Assembly: GCF_964213995.1 (NCBI RefSeq)
Contig: NW_027590119.1
Location: forward strand, 2,170,001 to 2,234,000
Reading direction: 5' to 3'
Length of the DNA: 64,000 bases
Origin: Mustelus asterias
Lineage: Eukaryota
Part shown: positions 23,100-36,321 of the stretch, one piece after another
Layout: every line of letters begins with the position of its first letter
Position numbering within the stretch: position 1 is the stretch's first letter
Made by a program: the position numbers and the translations under genes
Notes under the pieces: generated by a model
Seen by the model: only the letters and a program-made list of their open reading frames with translations
The model's database searches: none
What the model was told of the DNA's origin: nothing

Positions 23100-23990
23100 T
23101 TCAGCTTGATCTTGATCAATTGGGTCAATGGGCTGATGAATGGCAGATGAGGTTTAATTCACATATTTGCCAGCTGATGCATTTTAGTTGATCGAACCAG
23201 GGCACGACTTACTCAGTTAATGGTAGGGCGTTGGGGAGAGTTATAGCACAAATAAATCAAGGGGTACATGTTCATAGCTCCATGAAAGTGGAGTCAGAGT
23301 TGGACAGAGTGGTGAAGAAGGTATTTGGCATGCTTAGTTTCTTTGGTCAGAACATTGAATGCAGGAGTTTAGACGTCTTGTTGAAGTTGTACAAGACATT
23401 GGTAAAGCCACACTTGGAATACTGTGTACAGTTGTGGTTACCCTATTATGGAACGGATATTATTAAACTAGAAATAGTGCTGAAAAGATTTACTAGGATG
23501 CTACCGGGACTTGATGGTTTGAGTTATAAGGAGAGGCTGGATAGACTGGGATTTTTTCTCTGGAACGTAGGAGGCTGAGGGGTGATTTTATAGCAGTCTA
23601 TAAAATACTGAGGGGCATAGATCAGCGAGATAGTCAATATATTTTCCGGCAAGTAGGGGAGTCTAAAACTAGAGGGCATAGGTTTCAAATGAGAGGGGAG
23701 AAATACAAAAGGGTCGAGAGGGGTATTTTCTTCACACAGAGGGTGGTGAGTGTCTGGAACAAGCTGGTAGAGATAATAGAAGAGGAGGGAACAATTTTGT
23801 CTTTCAAAAAGCACTCAGACAGTTACATGGGTAAGATGGGTATTGAGGGATATGGGCCAAACGCGGGCAATTGAGACTTGCTTTGGAGTTAAAAAAGGGG
23901 CGACATGGACAAGTTGGGCCGAGGGGCCTGTTTTCATGCTGTAAACCTCTACAGCATGAGGTAGGCTCTCTATGACTCTTTGATTCTATG
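23100..23990 (+). mobile_element. CR1/HER1-type LINE 3' fragment
   Basis: PHLEYCVQLW / KRFTRMLPG frames; same subfamily as 2990-4090; inserted into an inverted tRNA-Val repeat unit. Confidence 0.9.
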
Positions 23991-24249
23991 GAGATTTAGA
24001 TGTTAGTCTGCATCTATAAACCCATTAATTTCTGTTGTAGACTGAACGAGTTGAGAATGTGTACAAACAATACAAACAATTCTTTCCTGCCACTGCATTC
24101 TAAAATACAGCATTTCTGATTTTCCTAAAGCACTTGAGGCTGAGGTGACACCAATATAATATGGATGCCACACCACGATTCGGATCATCTTTCGCAACGA
24201 AATGAAAACATGCAGACGTTGCTCAAGCTTAGCAAAAAATTTCGAATAG

Positions 24250-24310
24250 TGTTTCTGCCTAGTTCAAACCGTGTGGGAGGCGAACGTAACAACCACTATA
24301 CTCCAGATAC
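24250..24310 (-). pseudogene. tRNA-Val-derived pseudogene with internal deletion
   Basis: gtatctggagtatagtggttgttacgttcgcctcccacacggtttgaactaggcagaaaca; downstream 24200-22370 matches the repeat units at 34.7-42.5 kb. Confidence 0.65.
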
Positions 24311-25616
24311 TTGGCGCCTGATAATCAATAGATGTCTTTCTATTTGTCTCATTCAGTGAATTCATAATGATCAGAGTATGAGGATGCAGCAGTAAATAGG
24401 AAACGGATAAATGAAGTCAGCAGCACCCATTGAAGGTCACTTGTGCTCTCTGCTGTTGCATTGGTCGGAAATGGATATTGTTCACCTGATATAAGCAGAG
24501 ATGGACTTAGCGGTATAGGATTCACAGAATAATAGGGAGTGAAATGGACAGAAACACAATGACAAGTCAGTGAGAGAGTTAGGGGAAGATACAGTGAGAG
24601 AAGCAGATAGACAAAGGGAGAAGCAATGATTAAGATGGCAGAAGAAATTCAAGGAAGGTATAAAATCAAGAATATAAAGTACAATCTGATATGGGAAAGA
24701 TTGATCCTGGAATATCATTTTAATTGAACTGTGATTGTGCAGCATAAGACCACTGGTTCATTTAAGTAAATTTAAATTTGTGGCACAGATCAGGGAAGTT
24801 GACCAATTTAACAGAGTCCAAAACAAATATCGTGGTCTCCTAACAAGTAAGGCAAATTATAAGGACGAGTGCGGTTTTCTGAATTGGCGACTTATGATGA
24901 GAATAATGAGAGTCCTGATTGCCCAGTGCCAGGCGATTTATTGATTGAATCGGTGCAGTGGTCAGGATTACGGGATGAATGGGCTCCCTCTGTTGGCGGT
25001 GACTGTTAAATTGCCTTCTTTCTGGAGATTCACTGCATTCATTATATTCTCAAATTATGTGAATGCCAAATCTTTCCTGATTTGTATTATTCTTATTGTG
25101 ATGTAACCTATAGATTGTAGGACTCCTGTGAAACTGAATGCGAGTTGTTTTCTGCACAGATAGCTTTGAAATTTGCTGTTGAGTGCAATGAGGTTGGGTT
25201 CAACGCCTGCAATGTTCTGCGAACGGTCCCCAATTTAAAAATAAGTCTTTAATTCCAAACTGCGGTCGCAAACAATGGGCATATTCCCATTACCATGACA
25301 TTAACTGTATCGCAGCTTGATGTATTTCCATTCACTGGATTCCAGCGCACCACCGACTGGTGGAGCAAGACCACAAAAGTGGCATGATTGTCTTTTGGAA
25401 GAATGAGTCGAGTATGGTTCTGTGCTGGATCTGCCTGACAGATTGGATTCTGCAGTTTGTTTTCTCCACTGCTGCTGGAAACAGTTAGATGGTGGTTTCA
25501 TCTGAGGTTAACTTGGTTTCCTCTGTGTGTGTGTGTTTGAGAAGCTGACAGCTCAGTTAACATCTTGCCATTAAGCAATCCTCAATCGTCTCGGGCTCAT
25601 TCCTCCACTGTAAGCA

Positions 25617-25655
25617 GGTTTTTGCACGAAAGTGGTCCTTCTTTCTATCACTGTG
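25617..25655 (-). other. 23-RSS
   Basis: cacagtg + atagaaagaaggaccactttcgt + gcaaaaacc. Confidence 0.95.
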
Positions 25656-26119
25656 CGTCTGAACGCGCAGTAATAAACGGCAGCATCAGTCTGGCTCAGG
25701 TCCAATATATTTAAACTCATGAATTTGTTCGAGGCCTGGAGATCCACATAGAACCGACTTTTAAAAACATCTGCGTTATCTTCATAACCATCAGGATCTT
25801 TCCGCACTATAAATACGGGCTGCGTGTCTGGAAGTTGTCGGTACCAGTACAGCCTATAGTCGCTCTCTGTGGTTTGATAGTCACAGGTCAAGGTCACGAT
25901 CTCGCCTTCTCCCTTAACATCTGATGAGAGCGACTGGGTGACAGAATCTCCATGACTCAGATCTGAAAATAACAAAACAGAAAATGTTCAGACGGGCGAA
26001 TCATGAAAGAGACGGTCTGGAACCAAGCTTGGGAAATGTGAGAAACGGTGCAATGTATTTTTCACATAATTACCTGTTAGGAATGGTCCCCACATTACCC
26101 ACACACCGACCAGCCACAT
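25656..26119 (-). CDS. Conventional TCR V alpha/delta segment, intact: leader 26119-26074, V exon 25962-25656
   Basis: MWLVGVWVMWGPFLT / DLSHGDSVTQSLSSDVKGEGEIVTLTCDYQTTESDYRLYWYRQLPDTQPVFIV...RFYVDLQASNKFMSLNILDLSQTDAAVYYCAFRR; canonical C, W, YYC; gt/ag sites in phase 1. Confidence 0.95.
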
Positions 26120-26852
26120 TGTCGCTGTGCGCTCTGTAGAAGGGGAGCTGGGTGTTTGATTTCATCAAGTCTAATCTTTGCCCTCAATAATCAGCTTCCT
26201 GTTTCCGGATGTTCTCAGCTCCCTCCCTTCTGTCCCCAGTGATGCTGTGTGACACCCAAGGTGGTGAGATAGCAGACAGTAAAAAAAACGCACCGTGAGC
26301 TGGATGACAATCACTATCCTTACAGAGAGAACTTGCAGATTTAACGATTGACTTGGGGAAGAATGTAGAAAAATGGGGTGTAGGAATATGGGAACAGCAG
26401 TAGGCCATTCTGCCCTTCGATTCTGTTTCGTCATTCAGTTAGATCAGGACTGATAAGCCTGAACACCACTTTCTGGCGCTATCTGCATCGCCCTTGATGA
26501 GATTTTGCTCCTTAAAGCTATTATTGAACATACTCAACAATTGACATTCCACAAAGCCCGTTAATTTTCTTATTTTCTGTGACCCGGAAGCTAAGGAAGG
26601 CTAAATAGCTCTGCCATTTTATTTTTTAAACGTCCATTATCCTTATTATAAGGACAGTTTCAATCGTGATTCCAGTGAAATGTTGTTCTGTGTGTGGGAC
26701 ATGGGTGCCACTAGTTGGCCAGCATTTATTGTCCATCACTAGTTGAGAATCAACCACATTGCAGTGGCTCTGGTGTCACATGTAGGCCAGACCAGGTAAG
26801 GAATGCAGTTTTTCTTCCCGAATTTACATTAGTGAACCAGATTCTTAATTGT

Positions 26853-28640
26853 ACATAGAACATAGAACATTACAGCGCAGTACAGGCCCTTTGGTCCTCG
26901 ATGTTGCGCCGACCAGTGAAACCAATCTAAAGCCCATCTAACCTACACTATTCCAATATCATCCATATGTTTATCCAATGACCATTTAAATGCCCTTAAT
27001 GTTGGCGAGTCCCCTACTGCTGCAGGCAGGGCACTCCACGCCCTTACTACTCTCTGAGTGAAGAACCTACCTCTGACATCAGTCCTAAATCTATCACCCC
27101 TCAATTTAAAGCTATGTCCCCGCGTGCTAGCCAACACCATCCGAGGAAAAAGGCTCTCACTATCCACCCTATCTAATCCTCTGATCATCTTGTATGCCTC
27201 TTAACCGTCTTCTCTCTAATGAAAACAACCTCAAGTCCCTCAGCCTTTCCTCATAAGACCTTTCCACCATACCAGGCAACATCCGAGTAAATCTCCTCTG
27301 CACCCTTTCCAATGCTTCCACATCCTTCCTATAATGCGGCGACCAGAACTGCATGCAATACTCCAAGTGTGGCCGCACCAGAGTTTTATACGGCTGCAAC
27401 ATGACCTCCTGGCTCCGAAACTCAATCCCTCTACCAATAAAAGCTAACACTCCGTACGCCTTCTTAATAACACTATCAACCTGGGTGCCAACTTTAAGGG
27501 ATCTATGCACATGGATACCGAGATCTCTCTGTTCATCCACACTACCAAGTATCTTACCATTAGCCCAGTACTCTGTAATCCTGTTACTCCTTCCAAAGTG
27601 AATCACCTCACACTTTTCCGCATTGAACTCAATTTGCCACCTCTCAGCCCAGCACTGCAGCTTATCTATGTCCCTCTGTAACCTGCAACAACTTTCCGCA
27701 CTGTCCACAACTCCATCGACTTTAGTGTCATCCGCAAATTTACTAACCCATCCTTCCAAGCCTTCATCCAAGTCATTAATAAAAATGACAAACAGCAGAG
27801 GCCCCAAAACAAATCCTTGCGGTACACCACTAGTAACTGAACTCCAAGGTGAACATTTCCTATCAACCACCACCCTCTGTCTTCTTACAGCGAGCCAATT
27901 CCTGATCCTAACCGCTAAATCACCCTCAATCCCATGCCTCCGTATCTTCTGCAATAGCTTACCGTGAGGAACCTTACCAAACGCTTTACTGAAATCCATA
28001 TACGCCACATCAACTGCTTTACCCGTATCCACCTCTTTGGTCACCTTCTCAAAGAACTCAATAAGGTTTGTGAGGCACGACCTACCCTTCAGAAAACCGT
28101 GTTGACTATCTCTAATCAAATTATTCCTTTCTAGATGATTATAAATCCTATCTCTTATAATCCTTTCCAAAACTTTGCCCACAACAGAAGTAAGGCTCAC
28201 TGGTCTATAATTACCAAGGTTGTCTCTACTCCCCTTCTTGTACAAGCGGACAACGTTTGCTATCCTCCATTCTTCTGGCACTATTCCTGTAGACAATGAC
28301 GACATAAAGATCAAAACCAAAGACTCTGCAATCTCCTCCCGAGCCTCCCAGAGAATCCTGGGATAAATCCCATCCGGCCCAGGGGACTTATCTATTTTCA
28401 CACTTTCCAGAATTCCTAACACCTCCTCCTTATGAACCTCAATCCCGTCTAGTCCAATAGCCTGTATCTCAGTATTCTCCTTGACAACACTGTCTTTTTC
28501 CTGCGTGAATACTGATGAAGAATATTAAGTTAGCGCCTTTCCTATCTCTTCAGGCTCCACGCACAACTTCCTACTACTTGTCCTTGACTGGCCCTAATCT
28601 TACCCTAGTCATTCTTTTATTCCTGAAATACCTATAGAAA
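26853..28640 (-). mobile_element. CR1/HER1-type LINE, 5'-truncated
   Basis: 417-aa RT ORF ([20 protein letters not shown]) and tail. Confidence 0.95.
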
Positions 28641-28857
28641 TTGTAGATTTATTTTTACTGAATTGGGTCTTCGCACTCTAGCTGAGCTTTTGGATTAATC
28701 GTCGAGCGATAATATCACCAGGACATCGTCTCCCCTGTAGTGAATATCAGCAAAACTGAAAATGTATGGAGGCACTACAGAGTGAATAATGCTGCATTTA
28801 AAGAAGTTCAATGTTATTACCATTCTCTGCTCCGTTCACCCTGTGACTTTGAGGCAG

Positions 28858-29160
28858 TGTTTTGGTGCGGGGCTCCCTCTGGTTTCTGTCTCTGAGTCTG
28901 TCAGTCCGCAGTAATACACCGCGTGGCCAGACAATCGCAGCTCACGGATGGGGAAATTCCCATTGTTTTTCGACCGGTCAATAGATGCAGAAAATCAGGC
29001 TCCCATGTCCTCTGCAATGGAAATGTCTCCATAATTAGAATGTAGTTCAAGAAAATGGGAGCTTTCTCTCGGTCCTTGCGGTACAATTGAATGTAATATG
29101 CACCAACTGCTCAGCAGTTGAACTTAATGGTCACCGAGTCTCCTTCAAACGTCAAGCTGA
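28858..29160 (-). pseudogene. Heavily decayed, 5'-truncated TCR V pseudogene with remnant 23-RSS
   Basis: TFEGDSVTIKFNC*AVGAYYIQLYRKDREKAPIFL...(frameshift)...*FSASIDRSKNNGNFPIRELRLSGHAVYYCGLT; ctcagag + 23 + accaaaaca (28896-28858). Confidence 0.8.
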
Positions 29161-29436
29161 ATTGTGGATTGTGGTCGGTGCATACTCCATGGGCCGAATG
29201 GCCTCCTTTTGCACTGTATAGTTTCTATGATTCGATGAAGTTTTGGGAACCGGAGTTCGAATTCTAACACGACAGATTAACTCAATTCAAGGGCAATTAG
29301 GGATGCCTGTAAATGAGTAAAGAAAATACTATCTATGCAACTTTTCCTCACTTAAACGAATAGGTTTTGAGAAAGTTTGCACCCGATTTTGAAAGGTCGG
29401 GCCAATATGTAAACATTGCTATATCTTGCAGTGTGT

Positions 29437-29509
29437 GGGTCAGTGGCGCAATGAATAACACGTTTAGCTACGGATTAGAAGTGTCCAGATTCGACTCCTG
29501 GCTGACACA
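29437..29509 (+). pseudogene. tRNA-Arg(ACG) pseudogene
   Basis: gggtcagtggcgcaatgaataacacgtttagctacggattagaagtgtccagattcgactcctggctgacaca; colinear with vertebrate tRNA-Arg(ACG) but with several stem mismatches. Confidence 0.8.
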
Positions 29510-29879
29510 TGGGCACTTTTCAACAATAGTTCATTAACTCCACGTTAGTTTCAATGAACAAAACGTGTTTTCAGTAACTTTAAACAAATGTTGACCAAAT
29601 ACAGTCAGCTTCTATGAAGAAATTTTTCCTGGGTGATTGTTTTTTTAAAGTTGACTATTTTAAGAAAAGTTCCACTCAAAAACTTTCATCAATTACTTTT
29701 AAACTAGTTTCTTTAAATGACGAATTCCCCTTAAATTGTGGTTGGTGCTGACTTGGTAGGCCGAATGGCCTCCTTCTACACTGCACGGGTTCTCTGGATT
29801 CTCTGGATTCATCGCAGTAACCGGCTTGTGGGACCACGTCTGCAGCAGTGAAATCTGCAGAAATTTAGAAATATCGAAC

Positions 29880-30492
29880 GTTAAGTTGATATTGTAACTA
29901 ATAGCGTCAGGGAACGGATCACATTGTAAACCTCGATCAGGTCACCCTTCAACCTCCTTATCTTGTCAAAGGCTTCACTGAAGTCCATGTATATAACATC
30001 CACTGCCTTTCCCTCTTCTACCATCTTAGTCAGTTCCTCGAAAATCGCAATGACGTTAGTGAGGCATGACCGCCCCTTCACAAAACCACGCTGTCTATCA
30101 CTAATAAGTCCATTTGTTTCCAAATGTGATAAACCCTGTCCCTCAGAATATTTTCTAATAATTTCCTGGATTATCCCTGCTGCCCTTCTTACAAGGGCTG
30201 CTGCCATTCTGGAACTATCCTTCAGTCCTCTGGAACTTCACCTGTAGCCAGTGAGGATACAAAGATTACTGTCAAGGCCCCAGCAAATTCCGCCCTTGCC
30301 TCCCTCAGTTTTCTGCGATAGATCCCATTAAGCCCTGGGGGCTTACCTACTTTAATGTTTTTTTAAGACGCCCAACACCTCCTCCTTTTCGATATCGAGA
30401 TGACCCTGAATATCTACTCAGCCAACCCTTGGCTCCTCACCTATCAAGTCCCTCTCTTTTGATGAATACTGAGGCAAGGTATTCATTTAGTA
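29880..30492 (-). mobile_element. Internally deleted CR1-type LINE fragment
   Basis: GFVKGRSCLTN...YMDFSEAFDK fused directly to RRLKGDLIEVY. Confidence 0.8.
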
Positions 30493-30494
30493 TT

Positions 30495-31145
30495 TGGGAG
30501 AAAGAGTCGAGAGCTTCAAGTTTGTAGGTGCCCAGATCACCAACAACCTGTCCTAGTCCCCCCACGCCGACACTATGGTTAGGAAAGCCCATTAACGCCT
30601 CTACTTTCTCAGAAGACGAAGGAAATTTGGCATGTCAGCTACTACTCTCACCAACCTTTACAGTTGGGCCATAGAAAGCATTCTTTCTCGTTGGATTATA
30701 GCTTGGTATGGCTCCTGCTCTGCCCAAAGCCGCAAGGAACTAGAAAAGGTCGTGAATGTAGTCCAATCCATCACGCAAACCAGCCTCTCACCCATTGAGT
30801 CTGTCTACGCTTCCTGCTGCCTCGGCAAAGCAATCAACATAATTAAGGACCCCACACACCGCGGACATTCTCTCTTCCACCTTCTTCTTTCGGAAGAAAG
30901 ATACAAAAGTCTGAGTTCACGTACCAACCGACTCAAAAACAGCTTCTTCCCTGCTGCTGTCAGACCTTTGAATGGACTTACCTTGCATTAAGTTGATCTT
31001 TCTCTACACTCTAGCTATGACTATAATCGTACATTCTGCACTCTCTCGTTTCCTTCTCTATGAATCGTATGTCTTGTCTGTATTGCGCGCAAGAAACAAT
31101 ACTTTCACTGTATGTTAAGACATGTGACAATCATAAATCAAATCA
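30495..31145 (+). mobile_element. Rex1/Babar-like non-LTR retrotransposon 3' end
   Basis: LTNLYSWAIESILSRWIIAWYGSCS...IIKDPTHRGHSLFHLL...RTNRLKNSFFPAAVR; (aaatc)n tail. Confidence 0.8.
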
Positions 31146-31171
31146 CAACATCTGACTTGGAGACAACGAAA

Positions 31172-31261
31172 GGGCTCGTCCACGATTTGAACCCGGGACC
31201 CCTTGCATGCTCATCAACTGAAATTCCCTAAGCGCGAATCAGACCCCTGCACCAACGAAAC
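31172..31261 (-). pseudogene. tRNA-Pro(AGG)-like gene/pseudogene with an 18-nt insert at position 37/38
   Basis: gtttcgttggtgcaggggtctgattcgcgcttaggg[aatttcagttgatgagca]tgcaaggggtcccgggttcaaatcgtggacgagccc = 72 + 18 nt. Confidence 0.8.
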
Positions 31262-31995
31262 TGATGAGGAGATGCCGGCGTTGGACTGGGGTAAGCACAG
31301 TAAGAAGTCTCACAACACCAGGTTAAAGTCCAACAGGTTTATTTGGTAGCAAATACCATAAGCTTTCGGAGCACAGCTCCTTCGTCAGATGGAGTGGATA
31401 TCTGTTCTCAAACAGTGCACAGAAACTGCACATAAGCAAGCATTAAAATATAACTCATTTATCTTTCTCCAAAGCAGTTCTGACACCTCCAGTGAAAGAC
31501 GAAATTGTTGAAAAAACTCACCGCATCAGCATTTGTGGACTTAAAGCTCCAGCGAAATATCCGCTCAATATTGTTACCTCGACTGTCTGCAGCTGGGGGC
31601 TTTTGTTTATAAAGTGCACACGTTACAGTCAATATTTTAACCCAGCAACTTCAACATGTGTCAACTCTGAGTCTGCCTTTGATATTTGATCACTTTTGAA
31701 AGGTGTGGTCTGTCACACAGTTAACTGCTCTGGAACAATTAAAGTACAGATTGATGACCTTGTTCACCTGGGAGATCTGCGGGTTTGTGTGAATGGAATC
31801 GGGGATCGATTGGACTGATCTGATAGTAATATGAGTAAAAATATGTCAAATTTCTCAACAGTGACAATCAGTAACCTCAGTGAGGGAAAACGCTCAGACG
31901 GGGCTGTATTGTCACGTTCACTATGGGTAAATTTTATCTGATTTTTAACCCCATGTGTTGTCCTGACAATGAATCATTGATTATCGACCTGTGCC

Positions 31996-32511
31996 AGATT
32001 TTGGATGAGGCCCGCGGGAGCCTCATTCACTGTGACTCTCAGTGCACAGTAATACACGGCGCTGTCTGTCACCTTCAAATCTTTCATGGGCAAGTGAAAA
32101 GTGCTTTGTTTCAGGTTGAGATTCCCGCTGAAGTGTTCAAAACCTGGAGCCGTATCGGTAAATTAGCGGCTCTGAGCAGTGAATGAGGAGCTCGGTGTGT
32201 ATACTGGCGATACCAGAACAGGTAATGTTGTATAGCTGTACTCGGTACCGAGTAACTGCCGGGTATTTCTGAATCTTCACTCTCTGCTGCTTCAACTCCT
32301 GGTTCTGACTGGGACACTGAGTCACCGTTACTCATGTCTGAAAATAGGCAACAGACGCACAGTGGGTTAGAAGGAGTAACAACAATGGAATAATCGCCTA
32401 GAGATGGAAATGGGGAATGAATCTGGTGACTGGCGGATTTCACGCAGAAGTTCAAAATGACAGACCTGTAATCAGGACAATAACCAGAGTGAGACAGAGT
32501 TTCACCCCCAT
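31996..32511 (-). pseudogene. TCR V alpha/delta pseudogene: leader 32511-32466, V exon 32337-32035, 23-RSS 32034-31996
   Basis: MGVKLCLTLVIVLIT / DMSNGDSVSQSEPGVEAAESEDSEIPGSYSV...YLFWYRQY...frameshift...FSGNLNLKQSTFHLPMKDLKVTDSAVYYCALRV; first Cys lost; cacagtg + 23 + ccaaaatct. Confidence 0.88.
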
Positions 32512-32781
32512 GGTTCGAGTTTGAACACCAGGAACAGAGCGACTGATCACTGTCTGCATCAGATCTGTAATTGGAGAAGTTGAAACAGTCAGGGGGATGT
32601 TATGAGATCGAAGGTGACTCCATCTCTCCGCCCATTTTTACATCTTCAAACAGACGCCTCCTTTCGAAGGGGATCGTGATCTTTCATAAGTGATCAGAGA
32701 CCGCCCTCCCGTGGACAGCACAGCCGCATATTGGGAACAGGTACACACACGGCAACCTGCAAAGACTGACACATCTGGAGA

Positions 32782-33020
32782 CCATAGAATCATAGAACCC
32801 CTACAGTACAGAAGGAGACCATTCGGCCCAGCGAATCTGTACCGACCACAATTCCACCGAGGCCCTATTCCCGTAACCGCACACACAATCTCCCTGACAC
32901 TAGGGGTCAATTTAGCATGGCCAATCCACCTAATCCGCACATCTTTGGTCTGTTGGAGGAAACCACAGCACCCGAGGTATCCCAGCAGACATGGGAGAAC
33001 AGATACACACACGGTCACGT
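32782..33020 (-). mobile_element. HE1-type SINE fragment
   Basis: (catagaat)n tail and ccaatccacctaatccgcacatctttgg core. Confidence 0.75.
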
Positions 33021-33269
33021 GGAAAGACCAACACGAATAAGGATATATAACCATATAGATATATGCCCAGGCAGTGACATCAATTCTAACGTCCCTCTTT
33101 ATAACTCCAGAATTATTCTGCAGATTTCTGACAACTATTAGTTTGCGTTGCTAACCATGATAATGCATGAATACTTCCACCTCCGTGTTCACTGGAAGCC
33201 TCGGATACTGCACAGAATCAACACAGAGACAAGTAAACGAAGGGATAGATTCCCAAACCGATTGAGTCA

Positions 33270-33480
33270 AACATAGAGTCATAGAGGTTTACAGCATGGA
33301 AACAGGCCCTTCGGCCAACTTGTCCATGCCGCCCTTTTTTTGAACCACTAAGATAATACCAATTGCCTGCATTTGGCCCATATCCCTCCCTACCCATCGT
33401 GCCCATGTAACTGTCTAAATGCTTTTTAAAATATAAAATTGTACCCGCCTCTACTACTCCCTCTGGCAGCTTGTTCCACT
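33270..33480 (-). mobile_element. CR1-type LINE extreme 3' end
   Basis: Reverse complement of ~3880-4090. Confidence 0.85.
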
Positions 33481-34677
33481 AGACACACGGACAATCACTA
33501 AGAAAGATAACCAAGCACATTAGCACAGCCATTGACACACAAAATAGAAATGAACTCATTGGCAACGTTAAAAGCGTGCTAGCTCCAGAGTAAACTTCCT
33601 GAACTGGAATTCCCTGGTGTGGTGTAAGTGCGGCAATATCGTGTTAGATATTCATTGCGATGGAACACGACATTTTAACAACAGGAGCAGCCGGAAATCT
33701 ATTTCTCATCAATGGTGATCATTGATTGACGACTCGATGTGGACCCTTTTGCAGAATAAGCAATAATGGATGTATTTATTTTTACCGCCAAACATATCCT
33801 GATGTGTCCGTGTCCAAAATTTATTTACTCGTGTCACAACCATGCTTACATTAATACTGCAAGTTACTGTGAAAATCCCTTCTTCGCCAGATACCGCCGC
33901 CTGTTTGTGTACACTAAGGAGGAATTTTAATTGAACCCAGGTCCCTAGCTTTGTGAAACAGCAGTGCTAACCACTGTGCCACTGTATTGCCGTATGTGAA
34001 GTCCGTATGAGTAAGACAGATTCCCCATCCATTCTCGAGGTTCTCGGATTGGATGTTCGGGACACAGGAGGACAACACAAGAAGACTGCTTCAGGTGTAG
34101 GTGATTTATTCTCGTCGGTTATATTCCACACTCTGTGGAAGGTTGTGGTGTAAATGTTATATTAGATGTAATTCAGAAATAATGAGGAGATGCTTCATCA
34201 GATTTAAATTCGTTTTGTAAAATCGATATGAAATCAATTGCATAAATAAATATATGTTTATATTGAAAACTATATCGGGAAGCTAAATCCAATATTTACT
34301 GCCACTGGGTAAGGGAAAGGTTGTTAAAGCAAATTGTACATGGATTCTGCAGAAACTCCTTCTTCAAATGGGGATTTTGCAATGACTTAAGAGGGAGAAA
34401 AATCAGCTTCATGGAATAAGAGGAGGAAATTGAAATTGGAACAAAGAACAGTTCAGCACAGGAACAGGCCCATCGACCCACCAATCCCGCAACGTCATAT
34501 CAATTGTTTAGCTCCTCATAAAATAATTCGCATAGATCTGATGGATTGATGGGCCTCTCGTCGTTCTGTGCCATTGTCAACCATTTTCAATCATTCTTAG
34601 ATTAATGTGTCTACAGCATTCCCAATGAATGTTGCAACATTTCAAGACAGCGCCATTGGGCTACGGAGCAGCCAACA

Positions 34678-34750
34678 GTTTCCGCGGTGTAGTGCTGATT
34701 GCATTTGCCTCACGCACGCAAGGGCCCACGTTCGAAATCGAGCAGAAGCA
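34678..34750 (+). pseudogene. tRNA-Val-like pseudogene
   Basis: gtttccgcggtgtagtg...cctcacgcacgc...gttcgaaatcgagcagaagca, 73 nt. Confidence 0.7.
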
Positions 34751-36248
34751 TGAATGAAATTTGTTCATTAAGGTCGAGGGAAGTCTGTATAATTTCAGAT
34801 TGTAGCTGAACATTATCCAAAACTCGATGTTACAGCCATGTTATATTTGCGCTCACCTCTGCCTCAAAAGCTTTCAGCAAAATCAGAAATCTTGTATTTT
34901 CATGACGCGATGAGAGGAAATAGATGTTCCTATTTTAAAACCGTGCACATATTAGCAATATTTTCAGTCCACACCAGAATTTAATAGGTTTATAAATGCA
35001 GACTAACATAATTCATCACCAACTGAAACATGTCTAATAGTATTGTGTGCTCAAAAATACAGATATAAGTGATACTGTAACTGAACGAGAGGAAATGGAG
35101 CACATTTTCCCGAAGCATCTTTTTAAAATTGTTCTTCATAATAACGAAATAGGAAAAACCTCTCAGACAGAAGAGGAAATCGAGAATCAAAGCGGACCTT
35201 CTGGATCTCCTATAGATGAACGAGATTTAGGCGCCAGAATGTTTGTCACACAGAATAAAGAGGGATCAAGTATAACTAACAGATCATTCTTGAATCTCTT
35301 CCCTTTAAAGATATTTGATTTGGTTTAAAAGCTGATCATGGTCAAACTCAAAAAAGCACCATGGGATGTGTATTACCCGTGACTCGATTTATTTTGTTGG
35401 TCAATAATGTTTGCAATTCAATGCTGTATATTTCAGACATATTCAATCCGCAATGAAGACATCTGTGTTAAATAAATGGATTGATATTAAATGTTGATTA
35501 AGTTAATCGATCGTATATAAGAATGATGCATCAGCGATTGAGCGGAAATCATTGCTCCCTTACATATTTGTCCGATGAACGCTTTTAAATTTTGAAATTC
35601 GAGACAAGTTGAGACATCACGTTGAAAGTAACGGTTATCTTCTTGCACTAAGGTACATGGACTCCCATTCCAACCATTCGAATCTGCAGCAATAGAGCGG
35701 ACTTGAACAATGCAGTCAGACCGATTGTATATTCCAGAGATATTAAATTCAGAATTTGGACATACATATTGAATAACTGTATTGATATTAAAAATTGAAT
35801 GAAGATCCAAGGTGGGTTGGGTATGCTAAATTGCCCCTTGGTTAGATTGATTAGCCATGGGAAAGGAGTAGCGTTGCGGGGGAAACGAGGGAAATGGCCT
35901 GGTTATGATGTCCTGGCGTCGCTGCTGATTCGTTCGATCGAATACCTTTTCCGCACTGATTCTATGATTGTATGAAACAAATACTGTGTATAATTGGTTG
36001 AAATTATTCGCAGGAAGATAAGAATGAAGCATTAATAATTGAGCACAAATCAGTGCTTCCTTAGATATTTGCCGGATGAACTCTTTTTAATTTTGAAGAA
36101 CAAGATAAGTTGAGATATCAGGTTGAAAGTCAGGGATGTGCTCTTGTATTAAGTGATATGGGCCCGCAATCATACCACTCAAACCTGCAGCAACATAGTG
36201 GAGTTAAACATTGTAGTCAGGCCCATTGAGGCCCCAATCCTATCACTT

Positions 36249-36321
36249 GTTTCTGCAGTGGAGTGGTTATCCCGTTCGCCTAAAACACAAAAAGTTCCTG
36301 GTCCGAAACAGGGAAGCAGCA
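36249..36321 (+). pseudogene. tRNA-Val-like pseudogene
   Basis: gtttctgcagtggagtggttatcccgttcgcctaaaacac...; 73 nt, anticodon mutated. Confidence 0.7.
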
